From: an uncultured Chloroflexia bacterium
GTDB taxonomy: Bacteria > Chloroflexota > Dehalococcoidia > DSTF01 > JALHUB01
Reading direction: 5' to 3'
DNA length: 64,000 bases
Assembly: GCA_963703345.1 (NCBI GenBank)
Contig: OY969814.1
Span: 544,001-608,000, forward strand
How positions within the stretch are numbered: the first letter of the stretch is position 1; every line of letters starts with the position of its first letter. This document shows positions 49,132 to 57,921 of the stretch, in pieces. Made by a program: the position numbers and the translations under genes. The notes beneath the pieces were generated by a model that saw only the letters and a program-made list of their open reading frames with translations, ran no database searches and was not told the DNA's origin.

Positions 49132-50456
49132 GCCCGAGCGAAGTCGTCATGACGGCGTTGATCGCGCTGCGCAGCAACATCCTGCGCACTCTGCTCACAA
49201 TGCTCGGCATCATCATCGGCATCAGCGCTGTTATCGTGCTGACGGCTGCGGGCCAGGGCGCGCAGAAGGGCGTTGCTGACCGCATCAAGGGCATCGGCAG
49301 CAACCTGATGTTCATTCAACCGGGCAACGGCAAGACAACCACGGGACTGTGGGTCCCCGGGCAGGGGAGCACTGCACTCTTCCTAGATGACGCCCGCGCG
49401 ATCGACGACGCCCGGATCGACGGCATCGATGCCGTCGCCGCGCAAGGCACGGCGCCCGCACCCGCCATGCCCTGGGGCGCCACCGCGATATACCGCGGCC
49501 AGAATACCAGTACGACGCTGATTGGCACGGAGACGAGCTACCAGTACGTCCGCGACTTCTACGTCGCCGAAGGCCGCTTCATCACAGAAGACGACATCAA
49601 TAAGAAGGCGCTCGTCGTCGTTCTAGGCGCGGAGGTCAAACAACAGCTTTTCGGAGACAAGGACCCTATCGGCGAGAACGTGCGCATAACCGTCGGTCCG
49701 GGGAACTACGCTGTCGGCTTCACCTTCACCGTCGTCGGTGTGATGGAGGAGAAAGGCTCGACCTCATCGACTGACCAGGACAACGTCGTGATCACGCCCC
49801 TCCCGTCCTTTCAGGCGCGCGTGCCCCTAGTCCGCAACCCACGCGGCACCACCGTCAGCCAGGTGAACATCAAGGTGACCAACCCCTCCAAGATCCCTCA
49901 GATTAAGCTGGCTATTACAGACATCCTCCGCAAGCGCCACAACCTGGCGGAAGGGACCGATAACGACTTCCTGATCCAGTCCCAGAGCGATGTCCTAGCG
50001 ACCGCCACCGCGGTCGACCGCACCCTCAGCGTGCTGCTCGTGTCGATCGCACTGATCTCGTTGATCGTCGGCGGCATCGGCATCATGAACATCATGCTCG
50101 TGTCGGTGAGCGAGCGAACGCGCGAGATTGGAATCCGCAAGGCGGTTGGGGCAAAGCGCCGCGACATCCTCCTGCAATTCATGATCGAAGCGCTGGTCGT
50201 GACATTGTTCGGGGGCCTGCTGGGGGTTGCCGTGGGCATCGGCATTACGCAGATCCTACAGCACGACTTCAACTACCACATCAATCTGCTGATCACGACA
50301 CTCAATGTCAGCGTGAGCGGAGGCACGTACGTCATCACACCGCGATGGATCTTCGCCGGTCTGGCCATGTCTGCTGTTACCGGGCTGGTCTTCGGCGTCT
50401 ACCCCGCCTGGCGCGCCGCGAGACTCGACCCGATCGAGGCGCTCCGGCGAGAGTGA
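49128..50456 (+). CDS. MacB-like ABC permease
   Basis: LLTMLGIIIG, VGGIGIMNIMLVSV, ERTREIGIRKAVGA. Confidence 0.95.
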   Translation: MSPSEVVMTALIALRSNILRTLLTMLGIIIGISAVIVLTAAGQGAQKGVADRIKGIGSNLMFIQPGNGKTTTGLWVPGQGSTALFLDDARAIDDARIDGIDAVAAQGTAPAPAMPWGATAIYRGQNTSTTLIGTETSYQYVRDFYVAEGRFITEDDINKKALVVVLGAEVKQQLFGDKDPIGENVRITVGPGNYAVGFTFTVVGVMEEKGSTSSTDQDNVVITPLPSFQARVPLVRNPRGTTVSQVNIKVTNPSKIPQIKLAITDILRKRHNLAEGTDNDFLIQSQSDVLATATAVDRTLSVLLVSIALISLIVGGIGIMNIMLVSVSERTREIGIRKAVGAKRRDILLQFMIEALVVTLFGGLLGVAVGIGITQILQHDFNYHINLLITTLNVSVSGGTYVITPRWIFAGLAMSAVTGLVFGVYPAWRAARLDPIEALRRE

Positions 50457-50827
50457 GCGTCAACTTCCCAACAGCGCCCGGATTCCATTCGCCGCGATCT
50501 GGATGAATTGCGCCTTATTCACAAGCATGGAGCGGGAATCGAGATCGGGTGCCCGCACGACGCACTCTTGGTTTGTGGCGCGGAGGCGGTCCGTGTGACT
50601 GGTGGATTGGAAGTCCGGGGGTCGATTGAGAGAAATCCGCGACGAACGAGCATCTGCGGACGCGGAATCGTATCTGAGCGACGACTCTCGAAGGTCAATG
50701 GCCCCAAAATCCTGCCCCAGAATCTTCGAATCCGGTGGTCAGGGTTGGCTTTTTCGGGCGAGAGTTCGAGGGGTAAGCGATGAAGAGGTGATGTTGAAAG
50801 CGGTTTTCGAATCTGAGAAGGGGGCTC

Positions 50828-50902
50828 TGGAGGGCCGTGAGGGATTCGAACCCTCGACTCCCGGATTAAAAGTCCGGAGCTCTGCCGCTGAGCTAACGGC
50901 CC
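50828..50902 (-). tRNA. tRNA-Lys(UUU)
   Basis: 75-nt cloverleaf GGGCCGT...ACGGCCC-T-CCA; anticodon arm CCGGA-CTTTTAA-TCCGG. Confidence 0.97.
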
Positions 50903-50909
50903 CCAAAGC

Positions 50910-50939
50910 AATATAGAAGACGCTCCGAATGCCTGTCAA
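50910..50939 (-). promoter_or_regulatory. tRNA-Lys promoter
   Basis: TTGACA-18 nt-TATATT. Confidence 0.7.
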
Positions 50940-50988
50940 ACGGTTCGACAACGCGAACGCCCCGCCTTCGCCGGCGATCAAAATCGTA

Positions 50989-51010
50989 GCCGAGGCTTTC
51001 TGGCCTCGGC
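50989..51010 (-). terminator. Hairpin downstream of pyrE
   Basis: GCCGAGGC-6 nt-GCCTCGGC stem; weak T-tract. Confidence 0.4.
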
Positions 51011-51052
51011 CTCCGCTGTAGCGCCTGACCTACGGTAATAGCGTCGACGCTG

Positions 51053-51607
51053 CTATGTCTCCGTCAGCGGCACGCCTTCGCGACAGAGCGGACAATCCGC
51101 CGCTTCGTACGACGGCACGACCAGCTCCAGGCAGGCGAAGAAGGGCAACCCGAAGTCCGCTTTCCCGCCCGTCCGGTCGACCAGAACGGCCACGCCAACA
51201 GGCTCACCGCCGGCTTCTCGGACCGCGTCGATGACCTGGCGAATGCTGCCGCCGGTCGTCAACACGTCGTCGACCACCAGCACCCGCTCGCCGGCGTTCA
51301 CGCGAAAGCCGCGCAGGAAGCGCCGCTCGCTGCCGACGGTCTCGGCGAAAATGCAGCGCACGCCGAGCTGTCGCGCCGCCTCGAAGCTGAGGATGACGCC
51401 GCCGGTCGTCGGTCCCGCAACCAGCTCGACGCCGCTGTTACGGAAGTGGTCCGCGATTAGCCCGCAGAGGCGCTGCGTGTACGCGGGATACTGGAGGACC
51501 TGGAATTTCTCGAAGTAGGTGCCGGAGTGCCGGCCGGAAGTGAGCTTGAAATGCCCCTCGAGTACGGCGCCGGCCTGACGCAGCATCTCTAGGAGCTCAT
51601 CGCTCAA
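51053..51607 (-). CDS. pyrE: Orotate phosphoribosyltransferase
   Basis: GHFKLTSGRHS, VLVVDDVLTTGGS; TTG start overlapping the lepB stop. Confidence 0.93.
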   Translation of the reverse strand: MSDELLEMLRQAGAVLEGHFKLTSGRHSGTYFEKFQVLQYPAYTQRLCGLIADHFRNSGVELVAGPTTGGVILSFEAARQLGVRCIFAETVGSERRFLRGFRVNAGERVLVVDDVLTTGGSIRQVIDAVREAGGEPVGVAVLVDRTGGKADFGLPFFACLELVVPSYEAADCPLCREGVPLTET

Positions 51608-52428
51608 GGCGAGTCCCCCTGCGTCCCCAGCGGCTGGATCGACGGATCGGAGACGAAGCCGAACGAGTTGAACGGCCAGTACGTTACCCACGCCCGCCCG
51701 ATGATGTTGCTCTCCGGGACAAAGCCCCAACTGCGCGAGTCGTAGCTGTTGTTGCGATTGTCGCCGAGGACGAAGTACTCGCCGTCGGGCACGAGCTGCG
51801 GCCCGAAGTCGTGCTGCGTTCGGTCCGGTATGTACGTTTCATCAAGCGCCTTTCCATTGATGAAGACAAGCCCATCGCGGATCTCCACCTGTTCGCCGGG
51901 TACGGCAATGATCCGCTTGATGAAGTCGCGCTCCGGCTGGTTCGGAAAGCGGAACACTATCACGTCGCCGCGACGGGGCGAGCCAAACAGGTAGTGCGGA
52001 CTATCGTCAAAATTGACCAGGGGAAGGAAGTCAAGAAAGCCCAGGTTCACTTTGAAGTAGGACGCTTTGTTTACCAGAATGAGCTGGCCGTCGTGGAGTG
52101 TGCCCTCCATGCTCGACCCCTCGACGCGGAAGTTCTGCACGACCATCCGCAGGCCGATGAAGAGCAGCAGCGCGAAGATGCCGATCTCGACCAGGTCGCG
52201 GATGAGCCTGCCCACGCCGGCGAGTCGCGACTTCCTTCCGACCGGCGGATGCGGCCCTTCGACTGTCCACGGACCGTAGTCGATGGGCAGGCCGGTGTCG
52301 GTGGACCAGATGAAGTCGCTGGAAGCGGAAGCCGCGCTGTCCGAGGAGCGCCGCGAAGACTTGCGCTTCTTCTTGTCGTCAGCCTCGTCGCGCTCCTCGA
52401 TGGGGTTGTCCGGAGGTTCTCCTAGCAT
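51604..52428 (-). CDS. lepB: Signal peptidase I
   Basis: VEGSSMEGTL, GDVIVF, FIKRII, LGDNRNNSYDSR. Confidence 0.95.
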   Translation of the reverse strand: MLGEPPDNPIEERDEADDKKKRKSSRRSSDSAASASSDFIWSTDTGLPIDYGPWTVEGPHPPVGRKSRLAGVGRLIRDLVEIGIFALLLFIGLRMVVQNFRVEGSSMEGTLHDGQLILVNKASYFKVNLGFLDFLPLVNFDDSPHYLFGSPRRGDVIVFRFPNQPERDFIKRIIAVPGEQVEIRDGLVFINGKALDETYIPDRTQHDFGPQLVPDGEYFVLGDNRNNSYDSRSWGFVPESNIIGRAWVTYWPFNSFGFVSDPSIQPLGTQGDSP

Positions 52429-52645
52429 TGCTTTGCCACGATTATAGCACGCCTCCGCACTCCAAACTCCCCGGAAGCCGAATTGTTACCATAACGCGCC
52501 GCCTCAAGCGGCACGCCATTCCATTTACCCTCTTTCGAGCGGCGAAGTCTACCCCCATTCTGTTAAACTTGTCCACACGAGCGGAATCTGGAGGTGCAGC
52601 CTGACCCGCCAAGGCCCTCTCACCGACCTCGACGAAGGCGCGCTG

Positions 52646-53212
52646 TTGCAGCGATGCCGCGCCGGCGATCTCGCTGCCTTCAACGCCCTCGTCGGGGCGC
52701 ACCAGGACACCGTCTTCGGCCTTTGCCTGCGCATGCTCGGCTCGACGCATTCCGCCGAAGACGTCACGCAGGAAACGTTCCTCAGCGCCTACCGGAGCAT
52801 CGAGCGCTGCCGCGGCGACATCTTTCGCGCCTGGCTGCTCCGCATCGCCGTCAACGCCTGCACCGACGAGCTGCGCCGTCGCCATCGCCGCCCGCAGGTC
52901 TCCCTCGACGACCCCTCCACCGGCGCCTCGCCGCTCGACCTGCCCGATCCTTCCGAGTCGCCGGAAGAGACAGCCGTGCGCAGCGAGCTCCGCCGCCACA
53001 TCCAATCGGGCCTGGTGGCGCTCCCTCCCGACCAGCGCGCCGCCGTCGTCCTCCGCGACGTCCAGGGCCTCAGCTACGAGGAAATCGCCCAGGTCCTGCG
53101 CCTTTCGCCGGGCACCGTGAAGTCGCGCCTCAGCCGCGGCCGGGCCCACCTTCGCGACCTGCTCCTCCAGCAGCGGGAACTTTTGCCCCGGCAGTTTCGT
53201 CCTACTGATTGA
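52646..53212 (+). CDS. ECF sigma factor (start may be the CTG at 52601, after GGAGG)
   Basis: AEDVTQETF, AWLLRIAVN, LSYEEIA, GTVKSRLSRGR. Confidence 0.93.
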   Translation: MQRCRAGDLAAFNALVGAHQDTVFGLCLRMLGSTHSAEDVTQETFLSAYRSIERCRGDIFRAWLLRIAVNACTDELRRRHRRPQVSLDDPSTGASPLDLPDPSESPEETAVRSELRRHIQSGLVALPPDQRAAVVLRDVQGLSYEEIAQVLRLSPGTVKSRLSRGRAHLRDLLLQQRELLPRQFRPTD

Positions 53213-53251
53213 AGCCGCCTGTCAGCGACTTCGGAAGAAGAGGAGGACCTT

Positions 53252-54187
53252 GTGAGGTTTCTTGGATTCCGTCGCCATTCTCTGGACGAAAGCGATCTGT
53301 CCGCCTACATCGACGAGGCGCTCTCGGATAGCCGGCGCGGGCGCGTGGAGGCGCACCTCCGCTCCTGCGGCGATTGCGCTCGCAGGCTGGAGGAGTTGAA
53401 GCAGGTTGTAGCGGAGTTGCGCGCCTTGCCGCCCGCGAAGGCGCCGCGCTCGTTCGCGCTCTCGCCGGAGCTTGCGGCGGTCTCGCAGCGTCAGGGGAGC
53501 CTCGCGACTGAAGAACGAAGGAGGGCCGCCAGGCGCGCCTACCTCGGCCTCAGCGGCGCGACCGTCGCGGCTGCGCTCCTGCTGGTCGCTGCGTTCGGAA
53601 CGGACCTCTTCGTCGTATCGAGTGGCGGGCAGCCGACATCGCTGCCGGCAGCCACGTCGTCAGACAAGTCTCTCTCCATGCCACAGGCCGCGGCCGCCCT
53701 TCCGGCGACCACCGTTCCCGGTTACCCCTACGCCAATCAGCCCGGAGCGGAGAATCAGGGTTCAGGACAGATTGCCGTTCCGCCCGCAACGCCGACCGGT
53801 GGCCAATCGGGCACGGGGACTGCCAGCTCGGGACAGCTTGTGCCTCCCCCCGCCGTGCCTCTGGAGAATCAACCGGGCACTGCCGCAACGGCCAGCGCTC
53901 CCACGGACAAGAATGCGCTGTCTACCGAGAATCCGGGTGCGGCCGCAACTGCCAACGCGCTGTCAGAGAAGGACATGCTTCCGTCGGCAAGCCCGCGCGC
54001 CGGCGCTGCCGCCCCGTCATCCGAAGGCGCGCCGGCAGGCCAGCAGGAAGCGCAACCGGCGGAGAAGAGCGCCTCGCATGCCTGGTTGTGGGCGCTGGAA
54101 GGAGCCGCCGGAGGGCTGTTCATCGGCTTCGGGCTTTCCGCGTTCTGGATGCGCCGTCGTTGGATTCGGATCAATCGGGACTCATAG
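53252..54187 (+). CDS. Zinc-finger (zf-HC2) anti-sigma factor
   Basis: LSAYID...HLRSCGDC, TM segments, directly after the ECF gene. Confidence 0.85.
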   Translation: MRFLGFRRHSLDESDLSAYIDEALSDSRRGRVEAHLRSCGDCARRLEELKQVVAELRALPPAKAPRSFALSPELAAVSQRQGSLATEERRRAARRAYLGLSGATVAAALLLVAAFGTDLFVVSSGGQPTSLPAATSSDKSLSMPQAAAALPATTVPGYPYANQPGAENQGSGQIAVPPATPTGGQSGTGTASSGQLVPPPAVPLENQPGTAATASAPTDKNALSTENPGAAATANALSEKDMLPSASPRAGAAAPSSEGAPAGQQEAQPAEKSASHAWLWALEGAAGGLFIGFGLSAFWMRRRWIRINRDS

Positions 54188-54206
54188 GTCTGGAAGGAGT
54201 GACGTC

Positions 54207-54944
54207 ATGAAGAAGAGCATTGCGGTCCTCATTTTGCTGAGCCTGGGAGCGTTCGCAGTCCTGGGCAGCGCCTGCGGAACGGAGAAGGTCACGCTGGCGG
54301 CTCAAGACAACAACACCCAAGGCATCACCGTCAGCGGCGAAGGGAAGGCGAGCGGCACCCCGGACGTCGCGGTGCTGAGCCTCGGCGTCAGCAGCGTCAA
54401 ATCGACGGTGAAGGACGCCCGCGACGACGCCGCCGGCACGATGCAGAACGTCATCAACGCCATCAAGGGCGACGGCGTAGCGGAGAAGGACGTTCAGACG
54501 ACGCAGTACGACATCTCGCCGGAGTATGACTACCCGCCAAACGCGGCGCCGAAGCTAACCGGCTACCGCGTCACGAACACCGTGACCGTCAAAGTGCGCG
54601 ACGTCAACAACACAAGCAAAGTGCTGGACGACGTGACGGCCGCCGGCGGCGACGTCGTCCAGGTGCAGGGCATCAGCTTCACCATCGACAATCCGGAGAC
54701 GCTGCAAGACCAGGCGCGCGGGGAGGCGGTGAACGACGCGAAGGCCCGCGCCCAGCGCATCGCCGACACGGCCGGCGTAAAGCTCGGGGCGCCGATCTCT
54801 ATCTCGGAGGGCACGAACGTTCAGCCCATGCCCGCGATTCTCAACGGCGCCGCGAAGGATTTCGCCGCCGCGCCGTCGACCCCGATTGAGACCGGCCAGC
54901 TAGACGTCGACATCACTGTGCAAGTCGTCTTTGCCATAGAGTAG
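54207..54944 (+). CDS. SIMPL (DUF541) domain lipoprotein
   Basis: LGSAC lipobox, ITVSGEG, GYRVTN, DAKARA. Confidence 0.9.
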   Translation: MKKSIAVLILLSLGAFAVLGSACGTEKVTLAAQDNNTQGITVSGEGKASGTPDVAVLSLGVSSVKSTVKDARDDAAGTMQNVINAIKGDGVAEKDVQTTQYDISPEYDYPPNAAPKLTGYRVTNTVTVKVRDVNNTSKVLDDVTAAGGDVVQVQGISFTIDNPETLQDQARGEAVNDAKARAQRIADTAGVKLGAPISISEGTNVQPMPAILNGAAKDFAAAPSTPIETGQLDVDITVQVVFAIE

Positions 54945-55002
54945 CCCGGCGATCGGATTCTTGCGGGCTAAACGTCCCTGCGACGGGAAAGGAGAGCGAG
55001 GA

Positions 55003-56145
55003 ATGATTCGACGCGCAATCTCGGCCACCCTGTTTGTAACCTTGGTGGGAGTCGCGGCCGCGTTCGTTGTCGCCTGCGGAGGGGGCAACGAGAGCACCGG
55101 TAGCGAAAGCGGGCGCGCGCTGAGCGTGCCGGCGCAGTCAAACGAGACATCGGGCTCCATGCCCGTGCCGGGTCTGGCGCCCATGGCTCCGTCCGGGTCC
55201 GCCGATCAGTCGGCGGGCGAAGCTGATCTGGCGCCCTCGCAGTCGTCCGTGGACCGAAAGGTAGTCCAGAACGCATCGCTGGAGCTAAAGGTCAACGACG
55301 TGCCGCGCGCCTACCAGGACGCCGCCCAGGTGGCGCTCGACGAAGGTGGCCTGGTGCTCGACTCGTCGCTCGCCCCCACGCAAGACAAGCCGGAAGCGAG
55401 ACTTACGCTGCGCGTTCCCGCCGCGAGCTATGAGGACGCGCTGAAGAAGCTGAGCGCGCTGGCCATCAAGGTGGACAATCAGACTTCGAACGCGCAGGAC
55501 GTGACGGACCAGTACACCGACCTGCAGGCGCGACTGCGCAGCGCACAGGCCGTAGAGGCGCGCTACCTGGACCTGCTGAATCGCGCCAACACGATCGACG
55601 ACATCCTGAAGGTGCAGGACCGGCTGGCGCCCGTGCGCCTGGAGATAGAGCAGATCCAGGGGCAGATAAACGTTATGGACAATCTGTCGTCGAACGCGAC
55701 GATAAGCGTGCACCTGTACAGCGAGGCGCCGAAGGCTCCCGCGTCGAACGGCGGTCCCGACCCGCTGGCCGCTGCCGCCAACGGCTGGGAGTCCTCGCTG
55801 CTGTTCCTTCGGGCGGTGGCAACGGGAATACTGGCGACCAGCGCCTTCCTCTGGTGGTTCGCGCCCGTGCTCGCGGTGGCGGTGATAGTGCTTGTCGTGC
55901 GCTACCGTCGAACATCGAGCATGAGCTGCGTCGGCGGTGGGCCGTGCGCGGCTGGCGCCTTGCACGCCGGCGGTTCGGGTTGCCGAACCGCCGGTCCCGG
56001 CCCCCGCCTCCGAATCGAGAACCTGTCGCTTCCGTCGTCGCGACCCGTCGTGGGGACCGACGCCTCGTTTGGGGCTAGGCTTGAAAGAGCGACGCTGTGG
56101 CCTGCGTCACCGGCGAGGGCGGCGTCGTATCGACCATCACGTTGA
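55003..56145 (+). CDS. DUF4349-domain lipoprotein (C-terminus possibly over-extended)
   Basis: VVAC lipobox, LTLRVPA, DVTDQYTDL, C-terminal TM; the tail overlaps the opposite-strand gene. Confidence 0.85.
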   Translation: MIRRAISATLFVTLVGVAAAFVVACGGGNESTGSESGRALSVPAQSNETSGSMPVPGLAPMAPSGSADQSAGEADLAPSQSSVDRKVVQNASLELKVNDVPRAYQDAAQVALDEGGLVLDSSLAPTQDKPEARLTLRVPAASYEDALKKLSALAIKVDNQTSNAQDVTDQYTDLQARLRSAQAVEARYLDLLNRANTIDDILKVQDRLAPVRLEIEQIQGQINVMDNLSSNATISVHLYSEAPKAPASNGGPDPLAAAANGWESSLLFLRAVATGILATSAFLWWFAPVLAVAVIVLVVRYRRTSSMSCVGGGPCAAGALHAGGSGCRTAGPGPRLRIENLSLPSSRPVVGTDASFGARLERATLWPASPARAASYRPSR

Positions 56146-57742
56146 GACAGGCCGGACGCCCGGCCGCGAAAGCCCGTTCCAGCGCCTCGCCCACCTTCAG
56201 GGGGTCATCCACCAGCTCCCCGTAGACCCCAAAGCCCTCCGCCGCGCGCTCGTAATGGACCAGCCCCAGCTCCGTCGCCACCACCTTGGCGCCGCGCAGC
56301 TCCTGCTCGTGCTTCACCATCCCCCAGGCCTGGTCGTTGTTGATGACGACGACTATCGGCAGCTTGTGTCGCACCGCCGAGTCGAACTCCGCGAAGTTCA
56401 GGCCTACCGAGCCGTCGCCGGTCACCACAAGCACTCGCTTCTCCGGATAAGCTATCTTCGCCGCCATGCCGAACGGAATGCCGATTCCCAGGCAGCCGAG
56501 GTAGCCGTAGGACACGAAACGACCGGGCTTGTTCATCGTCGCTGCCATCTGCATCCAGACGAACGTCTCGCCGCCGTCGACGACGAGGATGTCGTCATCG
56601 CCCAGGAAGCGGTCGATTTCCCGCATGAGGCGTAGCGGGTGCATCGGCGGCGAGTCCGACTCCAGCGCGTCCTTGTACAGGAACCGCCAGGCCTGCTGCG
56701 CTCCCTTCAGCGTCGACGCCCAGTCGCTGCGATCGGGAAACTCGCGACCCTCCGCCGCCCGCACCAGCGCCCGCAGCGCTTCGGCGCAATCGGCGACGAT
56801 GCCGAGCTCGATGTCGCGGCAACCGCCTATCTCCGCTCCTTCAACGTCGATCTGGATGATCCTGGCGTCGGCCGGGAGCCAGCTTCCGCCGGCGAAGAAC
56901 AGGCCGATGCGGGCGCCGAGCAGGACTATCAGGTCCGGCGCGTTCTCCGGCTGGAGCGCAAGGACCGCCAGCGTCATGAGGCTGCCGGCGCCCAGCGGAT
57001 GCCCCTCTTCCGGCACCGCGCCCCGCGACGGCCCGTGCCCGAGCACCGGCGTTGAAGTCATCTCCGCGAAGCGACGCAGCGACGCAGCGCCGTCCGCCAG
57101 CCACGCTCCCCTGCTGGCGACGATCAGCGGCCTCTTCGCCTCCGCCAGCATCGTCAGCGCCTTCTCCACGGCCTCCGGCGCCGGCGCGGGTGGGTAGGGC
57201 TTCGTCGCCTCAGGAATGCATACCGACTCCTCGCCCACTTTGCCGAATGCGACGTCGATGGGTATCTCCAGGAACACAGGCCCGGGCCGGCCCGTTGTCG
57301 CCTCGCGGAAGGCGATCGCCGTGTACTCCGCTACTCGCGCTGGCTCCAGCACCGTCCGCGACCACTTTGTGATCGGCTTCAGCAGCGCCCGGCCGTCGAA
57401 GTCCTGGCGCGTCAGCCGCTCCTCGTCCCGCAGGGCGTGCCGGCCGCCGATTATCACCATCGGTACGGCGTCAACGAAGGCGTCGGCGACGGGAGTGACG
57501 ACGTTCGTGACACCCGGCCCGGCTGTAATCACCACCACGCCCGGTTGGCCCGTGAGGCGGGCCCAAGCCTCGGCCATGTGCCCTGCCGCAGCTTCGTGAC
57601 GGGTATCGTACACCCTTATCCCCGCTTCGGCGCAGGCCTGGATGATCGGGTCGATGTGGCCGCCGTGCAGGCCGAAGACCTGTCGCACACCTTCCTTCTC
57701 CAGCATGCGCGCCAGCAACTTGCCGCCGTTTATCTCGCTCAT
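56075..57742 (-). CDS. TPP-dependent enzyme (acetolactate synthase/hydroxyacyl-CoA lyase-like)
   Basis: RHEAAAGHMAE, TAGPG, GRPGPV, GDGSVG...NND. Confidence 0.9.
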   Translation of the reverse strand: MSEINGGKLLARMLEKEGVRQVFGLHGGHIDPIIQACAEAGIRVYDTRHEAAAGHMAEAWARLTGQPGVVVITAGPGVTNVVTPVADAFVDAVPMVIIGGRHALRDEERLTRQDFDGRALLKPITKWSRTVLEPARVAEYTAIAFREATTGRPGPVFLEIPIDVAFGKVGEESVCIPEATKPYPPAPAPEAVEKALTMLAEAKRPLIVASRGAWLADGAASLRRFAEMTSTPVLGHGPSRGAVPEEGHPLGAGSLMTLAVLALQPENAPDLIVLLGARIGLFFAGGSWLPADARIIQIDVEGAEIGGCRDIELGIVADCAEALRALVRAAEGREFPDRSDWASTLKGAQQAWRFLYKDALESDSPPMHPLRLMREIDRFLGDDDILVVDGGETFVWMQMAATMNKPGRFVSYGYLGCLGIGIPFGMAAKIAYPEKRVLVVTGDGSVGLNFAEFDSAVRHKLPIVVVINNDQAWGMVKHEQELRGAKVVATELGLVHYERAAEGFGVYGELVDDPLKVGEALERAFAAGRPACLNVMVDTTPPSPVTQATASLFQA

Positions 57743-57921
57743 CTCGTGATTCCTTTCGCCGCCCTTGAATCCGCTTGGCCGATCATAGCACCAGCCGAGG
57801 AGGAGTCCAAAGACACGTCTCGGGGGCGAGCTGCCTTGACCATGAGCCCATGACCTGCTAGACATATTGTGTGAGTTCACGCTTGCCGCGAATCTGCGGC
57901 ACTCTCCCGGGGAGGCGGTAA

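Larger units (their letters stand above)
45399..50827. mobile_element. Cassette 1 (type A arms), adjacent to the intact tRNA-Lys
   Basis: Lies between the tRNA 3' copy at 45399 and the full tRNA. Confidence 0.8.

Noticed and set aside
24379-50902. Several tRNA-Lys genes or a CRISPR-like array
   Set aside because: Only 50828-50902 has a 5' half; the others are 3' fragments separated by kilobases, and no cas genes are present.
53472-54206. Long N-terminal extensions in the ORF track (also 56075-58015, 40139-41863, 44591-45187, 18143-21631)
   Set aside because: Family similarity and RBS positions point to downstream starts.
55920-56145. Functional overlap of the DUF4349 tail with the TPP enzyme gene
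   Set aside because: The tail after the TM/basic end looks non-coding; a lost stop or an indel near 55920 is more likely.
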